Positions 1-41,226 of a stretch of 64,000 bases of DNA are shown in pieces; within the stretch, counting starts at the first letter, position 1, and each line of letters opens with the position of its first letter. The stretch covers positions 7,421,408 to 7,485,407 of the forward strand of contig CAVNZM010000009.1 in NCBI GenBank assembly GCA_963693365.1. Reading direction: 5' to 3'. The notes below the pieces were generated by a model. The model worked only from the letters and a program-made list of their open reading frames with translations, was not told where the DNA came from and made no database searches. The position numbers were made by a program, and so were the translations under genes. The DNA is from Amoebidium appalachense. Lineage: Eukaryota; Protista; Ichthyosporea.

Positions 1-221
1 CTATTCCATTTTTATGCGGACACCTCTCACCGTTTTTAGTGTTCAAGCTATGACTCATCTATGAGCCCTACCTACTAGGTGTTCCGATCAGCGGCAAATT
101 TGTGACTCCCGCACGCTGCGTCAACACACACACACACACGCACATGCACACACGCATACGCAACACGCACACGCACACGCACACACACACACACACACAC
201 ACACGCGCGCGCGCGCACACA

Positions 222-252
<31 letters not shown>

Positions 253-263
253 GGGGGGGGGGG

Positions 264-434
<171 letters not shown>

Positions 435-1142
435 GGGGGGAGAGAGAGACGCAGACACCGACACCGACACCGACACCGACACATGTACACACACACACAC
501 ATGCACACGCACACAAGCAAACACACACGCACACGCACACGCACACGCACGTGTGCGCGCGCGTGCACACACACACACACACACACGTGCGCGCGAGCAC
601 GCGGTCAGACCTCTACCTAGTACCACTCTCATCATTTTTTCCTCTTTGCACCATACACGTTATTCGAAACCAACACCACCATTCGTCAAAATACGTGCCC
701 TTGATAGCATACTGTCTGGTCCATTACACCCCTAAACCATGGCCATTCGTAATAGAAAGAATATCCCAAGACTATTCTTCAAAAATTTAAAGGGCATCCA
801 TTCATCAAACTATGCTATTTCAGGCAGGATAACTTCCGCTAAGCCACCATGCCATTCGAGAAATTATATAAATATATAGTTCCCGAGGGAAAGCAAAAGC
901 ACACACTTCCGTTCATAAAAAGAAACAACAAAAAATTCGACGAGTATCAATTACTGGGGCAAACTCAGTAGAGATAAATTCCCATGGCCCCAGGTGTGTA
1001 TCATAGCTAATAAACCTTTTTTGACTGAAAGAAAACAAACGGGCAAATAAAAAATAAATAAATAAAATAAAAAATAAAAAATAAACAAAGCAACCCCCCC
1101 CACACACACACACGCACGCACACACGCACGCACACACACACG

Positions 1143-1255
<113 letters not shown>

Positions 1256-1397
1256 TCGAAGCAAACGGGAAAGACAGCCCGTTCAGAAAAATGGAAGATT
1301 GAAAACCGACAATGAAATGGCAAAGCAAACTGTGAAAAAACGAAAAGAAAAAAGAAAAAAAAAAAAAAGAAAAAAAGAGAGAGAGACCAAAGAAAGA

Positions 1398-1398
1398 G

Positions 1399-1477
<79 letters not shown>

Positions 1478-1490
1478 AAAGAAAAGAAAA
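1398..1490. repeat. (GAAA)n microsatellite just downstream of the FANCB stop codon
   Basis: Direct reading of the sequence. Confidence 0.9.
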
Positions 1491-1518
1491 ACAAACAAGA
1501 AAACAAAAAAAAAAACAC

Positions 1519-9158
<7,640 letters not shown>

Positions 9159-9833
9159 GACTTTGGTCCCTTCGTTTGCGTAGAGGCATGTTCCTGGTAT
9201 ACCTAATGCTTTATTGCAACAACTAGCCTCACTAGCACATGCTCCGGAAGCTTACATCAGTATTACGCTAAATCCTTCTGAAATCACGCTTGTGCAAAAC
9301 TAGGAAAACACGCACACGTACGCACACAAGCCGTCACTGGAAGCGGCTCAGTTGGTTTTGAAAAGTTCGCGCCAAAAATAATTTCATAACCCAATCAGAG
9401 TATTGTAACACTTACTATTTATGAGTTATTTATTAATATCTTTCGGTTTGTGACCCGACTCGAGCCGGAAATCTGACCCGTTTTGCTTTCGGTCGCCAAG
9501 TCTCACAAACTCGTAAATTTCTTAGAAACGTTTTAAATTTAAAAACAGGAGAGGGAGAGACAGCTACCAGGAGCTGGGAGAGATGTGTTCTTTATATAGG
9601 CAGGAGATGAGTTTAGGTTAATATTAAACTCCAACATTGTGTACAAAATATATACACTACAAGTTGCGGCCTAAACCATCAAGTGCTGCCGTTTTTCTTG
9701 CTACATATTCCTAGCAAATTCCTTAGCCTTTTACCTTTAGGCATCGTTAGTTTGACCTGAGGTGCACTCAGCCAGTGAGATACTGGGTCTTTTTCCCTGA
9801 GATCACTAGCTTATCTACTATAAGGAGTGGAAG
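9159..9833. promoter_or_regulatory. Bidirectional promoter between FANCB-like and SEC11, with E2F, CHR-like and CCAAT motifs
   Basis: 675-bp microsatellite-poor gap between divergent start codons. It contains TTTGAA (9357-9362), TTCGCGCCAAAA (9366-9377), CCAAT (9391-9395) and CCGGAA (~9465). Confidence 0.55.
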
Positions 9834-10527
9834 ATGGATTCATTTAAATCTTCGTTTGAGGAGCTTCGTCGCATGAACAAGCGACAAGTAGCGTTCCAAA
9901 TATTAAACTTTTTGATGGTAGTGTCCTCTGCGTTGATGATATGGAAGGGTCTTATGGTTGTTACAGGGAGCGAGAGCCCAATCGTCGTTGTGCTGAGGTG
10001 GGTGAACACATCTCAGACTTCTTCGTACCTCCCTTTCTTAACGGCCCATGACAGTACGGCCCATGTACTGTCATATCCGTCCCTTTCCCCGCTGTGTGTC
10101 AAGCTATGTATTTTTTTTTTTTAGGCTTCACCTTGGTTAGATGCAGCATGACTTTTCGGACTTTTTCTTGTAGTGGGGGGGGGGGGGGGGGGGAATACAG
10201 AGAGAGAGAGAGAGGGAGAGGAGAGTGGGGAGAGGGGAGGAAGGGGGGGGCTGAGCGAGGAAGCCACGGCTTATGCTGTAGGAGGGGAACCGGGTGGGGG
10301 CGCGGAGGGGGGGGGGGGGGGGGTGCACGCGGGAGAACAGGATGGTTTGCTGTGTTTCCAAGGGCTTGGGAGAGGAGGAGAGGGGTGGAGGTGCTCAGGT
10401 TCCGTTCTATAGGTTAGAAATGTACGTGAAACGGTGGGAGGGAGGGAGGGTGCCGGGGGAGGAGAGCGAGTGGTGATGGTGTGAAACGGAGGGAGGGGAG
10501 GGGAGGTGTTTGTGTACTTGTGTATGG

Positions 10528-10560
<33 letters not shown>

Positions 10561-13500
10561 GGTGTGTGTATGTGTGTGTGTGTGTGTCTCTGGTGATGAT
10601 GGTGGCGGGCTGTGGGTTTGTGGTGGGAGTGGGGTGGGTGGGGGGAGGGGGGGAGGGGGGAGCGGGGGGCAGTTTGGGACACCGTTATTCTCTTTGGTAC
10701 AAGTACTTGTGTGTGAGAGGTAGTAAACGTTCCCTCGCTGTTGCCCAAGATCCCGAGAGCTCCCTACCGTTCATTTTACACATCTCTCGCCCTGCCTTCT
10801 TTGTGTTTGGGCTGTGTGTGCATGTGTGGGGAGATCCCCTCCCCCCCCCTCCCCCCCCCCCCCCCCCCCCCCCCGGGCCCTTGCTTCCTCGCCACCATGG
10901 GTTTCGGGTAAGGATTGTCAGGGGCTGTCCTTTTCCTTTGCTCTGTGTAATCGCAAGGGGGGACAGGGGGAAACGGGGGTGGCTGTTGTGGTGGTGGTGG
11001 TTTGGATGGGGGAGGGAAAAGGGGTGTATAGGGGCGTTGTTTTTTGGGGGGGTTTGTGCCTCGGGAGGGGAAGGGGGGGGGGGGGGGGGAGGGGGAGCGA
11101 GCAAGAGGGATGGGCTGTACAGAGTAGGCAAGGGGCAGCAGAGTGGGAGAAGCCGAGTGAGAGTGTTTGTGTACGTGTTGTTAGAAAAATGTGTGCGTGT
11201 GTGGGCGGAGCACCCCGGGGGGGGGGGGGGGGGGGGAGGGAGGGAAGGGGGAGGTAATACGAAATTTGGGGCAAGAGGGGGGTAGAGGCGAGGTGTTTTC
11301 GGGGGGAGGGGGAGGGAAAGCGGAAGGGGGGGCCCTGGGGAGCGAGAAAAAGATGGGAGGGAGCGGGCATGGGGGAATGAGGAAAGTACATTCGGGTGTA
11401 TCTGTTAGTTGGTGAGGGGAGGAGGGAGGGTAGGGGGGAGGGGAGGGGGAAGACGCGGGGGGGGGGGGGGGGGGGGGAGGGGGGGGGGGGGGGAGGTCAT
11501 GGGGATGGGGAGCTTAGAAACTGGGGCATAGGAACCCGAATATCTGCACCCGAATATCAGTCTAATTTGATTTTTTTATTTTTTCAACAGTGGGAGCATG
11601 GAGCCTGCGTTCTACCGTGGAGACCTTTTGTTTCTGACCAAGTTTGATGATGACCCTGTGCGTGCTGGGGAGATTGTTGTGTACAAGATCAAGGGCAGGG
11701 AGATCCCTATTGTGCACAGAGTCACGAAGGTCCACGAGAGGTTTGTGGCCTTATCCCCCCCCCCCGCCTCCCCCCTCCCCGGGGGGGGGGGGGGGGGGGG
11801 GGGGGGCACAAGGGCCCTCACAAATACACATTCATACACGCACAACCGCAGCCGCCACTTCCTGCCCCCACCACTTTACCCCGAACTCCCTTTGCTCCCC
11901 TTTTCCCGTTTCCCCGTTTCCCCCTTTCCCCCTTTCTCCCTCCCCCCTCCCCCTCCCCTCCCCCCCTTTCTGGCTCTCACCACCCGCTCCTTTCAGGTGT
12001 ACGACTTCCTTTTCTTTCTTCCCCACCCACCCCTCCCTCCTCTCTTTCTCTCTCTCTCTCTCTCTCTCCCTCCAACTCTCCCTCCCCCTCCCCCTCCCCT
12101 TTCCCCCCTCTCTCTCACACACATTCTCTCTCTCACTCTCTCTCAGTGTCTCCCTCGGTTTCTTTTCTCTCCTCTCTCTGTCTCCCCCCTCCTCTACCCT
12201 CCCCTCATAACCTCCCCCCCCCCCCCCCGAGTTCCTATCTATATTTTTCTTGCTTCTGCTTACTGCTGCAACTTTAACCCCCGGCCTTTCCCACTGCCCT
12301 TGCCTGCATAAGCAACCCTGCTCGTCTCTGATCAAGACGGGTGACCTACTCATGTTCAAGTGAAACAGTATCTGAGTTGGGTTTCGTTAACGAGGGGAAT
12401 AGGTCGAAACTCGGGTACTGTGGATGACGTGGGCCCCCCCTGAGGATGGGCTCTGCTTATTATGCATACTCTTTATGTATGGCTTGCATTCTGCATCGTG
12501 TTATCCGTTTGTTCTTGTGTACTTCGTACTTTTTGACGCATTCAAACCCCCCCCCCCCCCCCCCCCCGGCTCTGCTTATTATGCATACTCTTTATGTATG
12601 GCTTGCATTCTGCATCGTGTTATCCGTTTGTTCTTGTGTACTTCGTACTTTTTGACGCATTCAAACCCCCCCCCCCCCCTGCCTCTCCCCCTCCCCTCTC
12701 CCAACTTCTCCCCTCCCCCCCCCCCCTCTCCCTTTCTCTCTCTCTACTCTTGTCTCCCCTCCCCTCACCCTACCTCCTCTCCCCTCCCTCTCTCTCCCCC
12801 TCACCCCCCCCCCCTCTCTGGCTGTCTCTCCCTTTCCTTCCCCCTTCCCCCCCCCATCCTCCATCTCATTCCCTCCTTTCTACTGTCCTTTCCTCTGTCA
12901 GCATCTCAGTCTGTTTGTCTGTCTGTGTATGTGTGTAAGTATGTGTGTGTTCCGGGAGGGGGGGGGGGGGGGGGGAGGGGGACGAGTTTTTTCGGTTGGA
13001 AGGGGGGTAGGAAAGTGGTGTGTGGCAAGAGAGTGGGCCGAGGGGTGAGGGAAGGGTATATTGAGGCGGGGGGGAGGAGGCCGGGGGAAGGGGGGGGGGG
13101 GGGGGGGGGGGGGGGAGGTAGGAACAAATGACGATCTTCGGTTTCGGCTCGTTCGTATGGCATTCGATAAACCATAGTAGCATGATGTCCGTCTTCTTTA
13201 GTATAGTAACTTTGAAGTTCACGCAGTAACACGTTGTCCCCCCCCAGTCCCAAGGGTGTAGTGCGATTCTTGACGAAGGGAGACAACAACCGTGACGATG
13301 ACCGGTCTGGTGGGCTCTATGCGTACAAGCAGAACTGGCTTACTACGGGGGATATCGTGGGTCGGGCAAGAGGGTATGTACATGTCTGCCCACACAGATG
13401 CTCTCACTCTTTCCCTCTTTTCCTACCTCTCTCCTCTCTGGTGGGTACATGTCTACTTTCCCACCCTACCAGCCTCTCTCCCTCTCACTCTCTCTCCGTT

Positions 13501-14975
13501 TTTCTTATGCATGTACCCCCTGCCCGTCCCCCCTTCCTGTGTCTTCCCCCTCAAGAATCAGAAGGCACGGGATAGAAGGGTTTCTGTTCTGTGTTGTATG
13601 GTTGGGTATGAGGGGAAAGCCGCGGGGGGGGGGGGGGGGGGGGGGGGGGGGGCTAAAATCATGATGTGGCATTCCTTTACCAGCCTCTTTCCTCGTCATC
13701 TAAACGCTTTCTCCCTCCATGCTCTGCCTGAGCCTCCCCCCCCCCCCCCCCCCCCCCCCTGGCCGCCGTGGGGAAGCTTTTTGACTTGATGCAAAGGTGT
13801 TGGTGATGTTGCACGGTTTATGACCTTGCCTGTGTCATGCATGCCATCCTGGTTGATTGTTGTACGTGTTCTACATCGTGCCCCCCCCCTCCCCCCCCCC
13901 CCCCCCCCCCCCCCCCCCCGATTTTCCCCTTTGATTGCGAATTCTGCGGCCTTCGGGACTTAATTCTTTTCAGCTGGTGTTTTATGTGAGCCAGGGAAGT
14001 ATCGACTTAGGTAGCGACGGGGGAGCTTCCTAGAAGCCCCGTCTCCTGAGTTCCTTTCTATATTTTTCTTGCTTCTGTTTACTGCTGCAACCTTAACCCC
14101 CGGCCTTTCCCACTGCCCTTGCCTGCATAAGCAACCCTCGTCTCTGATCAAGACGGGTGACCTACCCATGTTCAAGTGAAACAGTATCTGAGTTGGGTTT
14201 CGTTAACGAGGTGAATAGGTCGAAACTCGGGTACTGTGGATGACGTGGGCCCCCCCTGAGGATGGGCTCTGCTTATTATGCATACTCTTTATGTATGGCT
14301 TGCATTCTGCATCGTGTTATCCGTTTGTTCTTGTGTACTTCGTACTTTTTGACGCATTCAAACCCCCCCCCCCCCCTCTTCTACACACACGTCATCTTTT
14401 CAGCGAGCACAGGCACACACATACACACACACACACATGCACGCACGCACGCATGCACACGCACACACAAAACACACACACACACACTCACTCACCTGTC
14501 CGTTTCACTTGTCCCTAATTGTGCATTTTTGTGCATTCCCCTCGGTTCCTGTTGAGCTCTTTGTCCGACTCACATCGTTTCACCTCGCTCATTTCTTGTG
14601 GTTCCTCCTATCCCATTCCTTCCTTCCTGGCGCTAATTCATCTTATCTCGGCCTCTCATGGTTTAGTAGCTGCACTTGTCTCCCCCCCCCCCCCCCCCCC
14701 CCCCCCCTGATGATGGGCTCTGTTGAAGTGTCTTCTGCCTGCACGCTTAGTTGTTTGATTTTGGATTTCCCACTTTTGTGACGTTTTTAGTTGTTGCTCT
14801 TTGTTGTCTCCTCCATATTTCCAACCCTCTAACGCATACATCACCACCCACCCCCCTCCCCCCCCCCCCCCCCCCCCCCCTCCCCCACACACATACACAC
14901 ACCCGGGCGTCCTAACTCGGCCTTCCCTTTCGCGAATTTGATGCCTTGATTGTGTGTGTGTGTGTGCGTGCGTGC

Positions 14976-15050
<75 letters not shown>

Positions 15051-15306
15051 CGCGTTCCTGTGCCCGCGTGTCTCTCTGTCAGTTCGAATGTGTCTGCGCG
15101 GCCATGTGTGCATATGCATGTCCCCATGCATGTGTGTGTGTGTACCCCTGCCTTTTCCATTATGCATTGTCTCACTTCGCACGTGTCTCTCTTCCAGTTG
15201 GATCCCCAAGATTGGCATGGTGACCATCATCATGAACGACTACCCCCAACTCAAGGTTGTCCTTTTGGCCGGCCTGGGCCTCTATGTTTTGCTAAACAGA
15301 GAATAG
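9834..15306 (+). CDS. SEC11: Signal peptidase complex catalytic subunit SEC11, 4 exons, 182 aa
   Basis: Exons 9834-9997, 11591-11740, 13248-13373 and 15198-15306 are joined by phase-2 GT-AG introns. They give [10 protein letters not shown]...[26 protein letters not shown]...REIPIVHRV...FLTKGDNN...DIVGRARG...[11 protein letters not shown], with catalytic Ser and His motifs intact. Confidence 0.97.
12229..12665 (+). mobile_element. Family A copy (12229-12546) plus a partial tandem 3' duplicate (12568-12665) in SEC11 intron 2
   Basis: Near-identical to 14048-14362. Both units end GCATTCAAA followed by poly-C and begin within C-runs. Confidence 0.88.
13921..14362 (+). mobile_element. Longest copy of family A, in SEC11 intron 3
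   Basis: Shares 14048-14362 with the 12.2-kb copy. A unique hairpin-rich 5' extension runs back to a poly-C tract ending at ~13919, so the 5' limit is uncertain. Confidence 0.8.
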
Positions 15307-15789
15307 TTGTGTGAATGTTATTTGGTTTCTTTTTCTTCGAGGGGAGGGGGGGGGGGGGGGGGGAGGGGGGGGGGGAGGTGGGGAGGGTGTCTGCTTTTTT
15401 TGGAAGGGGGGACAAGGCGAGACACAGTTGCATGTTTTTCAACACATTTGAGAGGGTGTGTGCAAGCACGCAGACAGGCGCACCGCATCACACACGCACG
15501 CGCACACAAACACAGACATACAGAGAGAGAGAGAGAGAGGGAGAGAGAGAGAGAGAGAGAGAGAGATTTTACCAGCAACACATTTTCATTCAAAACACAC
15601 ACACGCCTGTATTTGATAGACATGTACACAGTCACACACGCGCACAAGTGTTGATTGCGACTGTCCCATGGGTATACGTATGTACGGCTCTGTCGTGCGG
15701 AACACAAAATAACATGAAAAAACACCGTCGATGATAAAATAAACAACTAGATGAATATGTACCAAGCCTATCAAATGTGAAGGTGAGGG

Positions 15790-15930
15790 CGTGGTGACGT
15801 CATACTGACATTATGTCGACTTCACGTGACGAATGAACACGTGTTCATTAGTGATAGGGGTGGTGCGTTCCTAACCAATCACGGACGTTCTATTTTTAGA
15901 ATGGCTCACGGATTTTGATGATGTCATCCC
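15790..15930 (+). promoter_or_regulatory. Putative promoter motif cluster (CRE, E-box, CCAAT) upstream of the decayed cullin-like paralog
   Basis: TGACGTCA (~15795), TCACGTGA (~15822) and CCAATCAC (~15876) lie in unique, non-repetitive sequence just past the SEC11 3' end. Confidence 0.3.
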
Positions 15931-16404
15931 GGCAGCTTTTTCACCTCGTCACTTGCAGCCTAGGCCTCAGTCTCGAGCTCTGCGGCCGTTCCAAAACCCG
16001 GCCACCCGCTCTGTCTGCCGACATAACAGTTTTCAAACCTGATCGTTTTCCGCTTTTCCCAAAAATACTCACTAACATCGCCTCAAGCATCGTGCATAGG
16101 CATGTATATCTTTAGAGAAAACCTGCAGCTATAGTTGGAAGCTCATAAGTGTTCCCTTGCAGCTCTACTTCTGCCCATTTTGTAGCCCATGTTAACGTTT
16201 TTCTTAGTAAACACAGCTAGAGCAGTGACTGCAAACGTTTCCAGAAAACCTTTCTGCCTGGATCCAAGCAATGTTTCATATGTTTCTTTTCCTATCTATG
16301 AATACACCGTTGGAAAATTCATTGGAATCACTAATTATCTACTCTTTTTGATTGACTGTCATCTACATCACTTTACAAGTTCAGGTTGCTCTCTCTTCGT
16401 CTAG

Positions 16405-16984
16405 ATCTTTGAGAAAGCTTTGTCGGCTTTGAATTCGCCCCTCTCAACCTAGCGACACTTTTACCACACCCTCACACTACTAGGGATACTAACTAGTTAT
16501 TTGTAAGGAACAATGCCTGTGTGGCACCTTCAAAGCACAAATGGCTAGGACAAGCAACTAGTGCCACAGACGTCATCGAATCCTTGTACTCCATATACGG
16601 TATTTGGCCCGAAGCAGAAGCACGTGCAGCGGTCACTTCCACCCTTCGCGTTATTAACAGTGATGTGGCAAAACATCACTCCCAGGCAGTGAACGTAGTA
16701 CTCTCCGATCTGGCCTCCCGTGTTTTTGCATTGAAGTTTACGACGTTGATGTTACTGAAGCGCGCAGGCAAACTTTTCTTGCGGCACATGAAGTGGGTAG
16801 GGAGAGGATGGCGCGCGACAGAGTGGAGCCAGATCACAGGAACGAAGCGCATGTGATTAAGGAAATGGGGGGTAGAGTCCTGTGGACGATTGTGGACCAA
16901 AGGAGCTGGATAAGGTCGTGCCGCATGATGCGAATCGTAAAGGGGATGGGGTCGTTGTGTAACAGCGAGGTGTGCATAGGGTGA
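16405..16984 (+). pseudogene. Decayed paralog of the intronless cullin-N-like ORF at 42353
   Basis: KWLGQATSATDVIESLYSIYGIWPEAEARAAVTSTL aligns with KWFRFEVPTDVCILITIYQSFYITRAAEAAAREL of the 42.35-kb ORF. LLKRAGKLFL matches FAQQAAELIL, IVDQ matches LIDQ, and RIVKGMG matches RVMKRHG. There is an in-frame TAG at 16494, no ATG in frame upstream, and a frame switch near 16800. Confidence 0.5.
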
Positions 16985-17092
16985 GACTGTCAGTGTTTTT
17001 CGGCGTGCACATTGGCGGAGGTTGATGTTCTGGGGTTGTGTGATGTTACATAATTTGGTTTGGTGTTTGTCTACTGAAAATGGTTTGTGGGT

Positions 17093-17148
<56 letters not shown>

Positions 17149-18061
17149 GGTGGTTTGTTGTTATTTATTTTATTTTTTGGTGGTGGTGGTGGTGTTGGTG
17201 GTGGTGGGGTGGGGTGGGGTGGGGGGAGGGAAAGGAAAAGGGGGGGGGGGGGGGGGGGGGGAGGGGGGGGGGGGGGGGGTTGACAAATAGCACCAACATT
17301 GTTGTTACGAAATATAATACAAGTGCATGGGTATGTGATACTATTGAAATAGCTACTGCACATGTTTGTGGCACCCCAGCGCGTAGAACATACACGCACG
17401 CGCGCACGCGTACACACACACACACACACAAACCCACACACACTTTCTAATTCGTATGGTCTCTGTTATGCGTGAATAATGTACCACCCGATACCGTAGT
17501 TGATGGTCCGCAAGCAAGAAGTGTTGTTGCCCACCGTGAATGCAACACCTTCGAGTTAATATATAAGATGCCAGTAAATGATGCTAATACAAGCAAGCCT
17601 TCACTGAATGTATGTATATATATGTAGATATATGTAGATATACAAAGATGTAATTACGGATGTTGAATGTTTGGGTGTCATTTTCGTAAACATGGCATTA
17701 AAACCGTTCCATGCACTTGCTCTTAGACAGGAAGTTATTATTATAATTTTTTAAATAGGAAAAAAATATGATGGGGGCAGAGAAGAGAGGTGGGGTGGGG
17801 TGGGTGAGGGGGATGGGTAATCACGCCCTTTCTTAACATTCGCACTTCCCGTCCCCCTCCCCCCCCCCCCCCCCCCCCTCCCCCCCGCTCTCCCTCCCCC
17901 CCGACCCATGTTGAACAGTCGGGCCCGTCCCAGCCCACCCCCGTCCTATAGAACACACACACACACACACTCTAACATGTGGTACAGGATTACATACGCA
18001 GAGCAAGTGGTATGTAAACGACTGTTTTTATTTTGGCCCCCCCCTCCCCCCCCCCCCCCCC

Positions 18062-18092
<31 letters not shown>

Positions 18093-18701
18093 GAAAGAAA
18101 GAAAGAAAGAAAAAAAACACACACACACACACACACGCACGAGACATCGCCGCAATTAAAACCCATCACCTTTCTCCTGCATGGTGTATATGGGCCGAGT
18201 TTTCAAACATGGGACAGATGGTGGTGGCGGGGGCAAGGGGGGGGGGGGGGGAGGGGGGAGGGAAGGGAGGGTACTATGTATTTTGTAGAGAAAAAAGAGC
18301 AAGTGAATGCGCTCTGTTTTCTCTTTTCCTTTTCTTCCTTTCTTTCCTTTTTTTATTTTTATTTTTATTTTATTTTATTTATTTTTTTTTGTGGGGAGGG
18401 GGGGGGGGGGGGGGGGGGGGGGATTGTTTCACCTCGTCCTGTTCCCCCTCTACTGCTACTCTACGTGTCGTAGCTGTTTCAGGTGGCACTCCCGGTAGGC
18501 CTTCCTTCTCATTGCGTCTCCCCTCTCTACTCTTATTCTAGGGGTCCTACGTAGGGAGGGGGATTTTGGATGTTAGGAGGATATTCTTGGATAGTGATTT
18601 GGTGCTCATGCACTTGAGAATATTTCCAGGATGTCGAATGCAAAGGGAGGGGAACCTTTTCTAAAATCATCTAAAGTATTCTGATTTTAGGGTTTAGTGT
18701 T

Positions 18702-18732
<31 letters not shown>

Positions 18733-19313
18733 GGGGGGGGGGGGGGGGGGGGAGGCAGGAAGCGGATGATAATTCTTCTCGATTTTGGCAGAGCCTGGTA
18801 GCATGCACAGTCATCTTGTACTCAGGATTCCAGACCGGGGAAACCCCCACGTAGATGGCAGGGAGGGAGGGAGAGCAGAGAGGGGGATGGGGGAGGGGGG
18901 AAAGAGGGGAATGGGGAAAGAGGGGGAAGGGGGGTACACACATACAAACACGCATGCGTGTGCATATGCACGCACGTAGGAACGCAAGTAGGCACACGCA
19001 CGCACACACATCACCAGAATGCCATTGAATGGACCCTACTGTACACGTCTGTAAGCAGCGTATCCTGAATACATACAGTCAAGCACGTGCACAACGGGTT
19101 ATATTGTCATAAATTGATCTATGTACCCTTTCTTTCTCTATCTGAAACTGGAACACGGATGCGCGATTTCAGAATCTGCAGACTTTTGAACTTCACACAG
19201 ATAAAGTTGCAAACAAAGGAATGAGTTGTAGACTTTCGGGTGGGAAGGGGGGGAGAAAAAGGTTGGGGGGGGGGGGGGGGGGGAGGGGGAGGGGTGTGGG
19301 GGGGGGGGGGGAG

Positions 19314-19353
<40 letters not shown>

Positions 19354-20080
19354 AAACAAAAACATATTCCGAAAACGTAACCTGGAACTATATCAGAAAG
19401 CAACACTTTTGAACTACTCACAGCTTCCACACATGGTACAGTCACTAGAGGGATAGTGATTGTTTTTTGTTTTTTGTTTTTTTGTTTTTTTTTTAATTGA
19501 ATTTCATTTCGGTCGGGGCATCAGACAGAACTGATTATGGATATATAGTACAGTTGCCATAGACACAACGAGATAGTCGCTGAGATAGCTTCACCGGATA
19601 TCCAACGAGATATAGCAAAAAAGAGGACTGTACCGTAAACTGCTAAAAGCTGCACATAGTAAGTGGAGCCGGAAAAAAAGTGCATCGCAATTCGAGCAAA
19701 AAGGTGCTCTTAAAACAGGCCAACCCCCCCCCCTCCCCCCCCCTCCCCCCCCCCCCCAAAAAAAAAAAAAAAAAAAAAAAAAAGCGAACAGAGAAAAATG
19801 ATCATAAGCAGAAAAAGAAACACTGAATAAGCCCATGCCACATCCCCCTTGGACCCATAGGTACCCATACAAAGACTCCGTGGTGTAAGAGATGACGTCT
19901 ATCAAACCCGGTCAAAAACCAATACACAAATGCCCAACAACAAGAGAGTCTATTGTGAAATCCGGTGTTCAGCAACCTAACTCCTATCCCCCCTCCCCCC
20001 TCCCCCCTGTCCCCCCCCCCCCTCCCTCCCCTCCCCCCCCCCCTCACCCCCCCCCCCCCCCTCGGCGCCTTCTCTCCTTT

Positions 20081-41226
<21,146 letters not shown>

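Noticed and set aside
12395-12420. Resemblance to SRP/7SL RNA 3' strand, or a tRNA B-box on the reverse strand
   Set aside because: No helix-8 motif, Alu domain, A-box or cloverleaf; the similarity is only ~20 nt.
12328-12447. Hammerhead ribozyme in family A (CTGATCA...GAAACAGTA; GAAAC...CTGAGGA)
   Set aside because: CTGATCA breaks the C3-G8 pair and stem I does not close. The second word pair lacks a pairing stem II and a GUH site.
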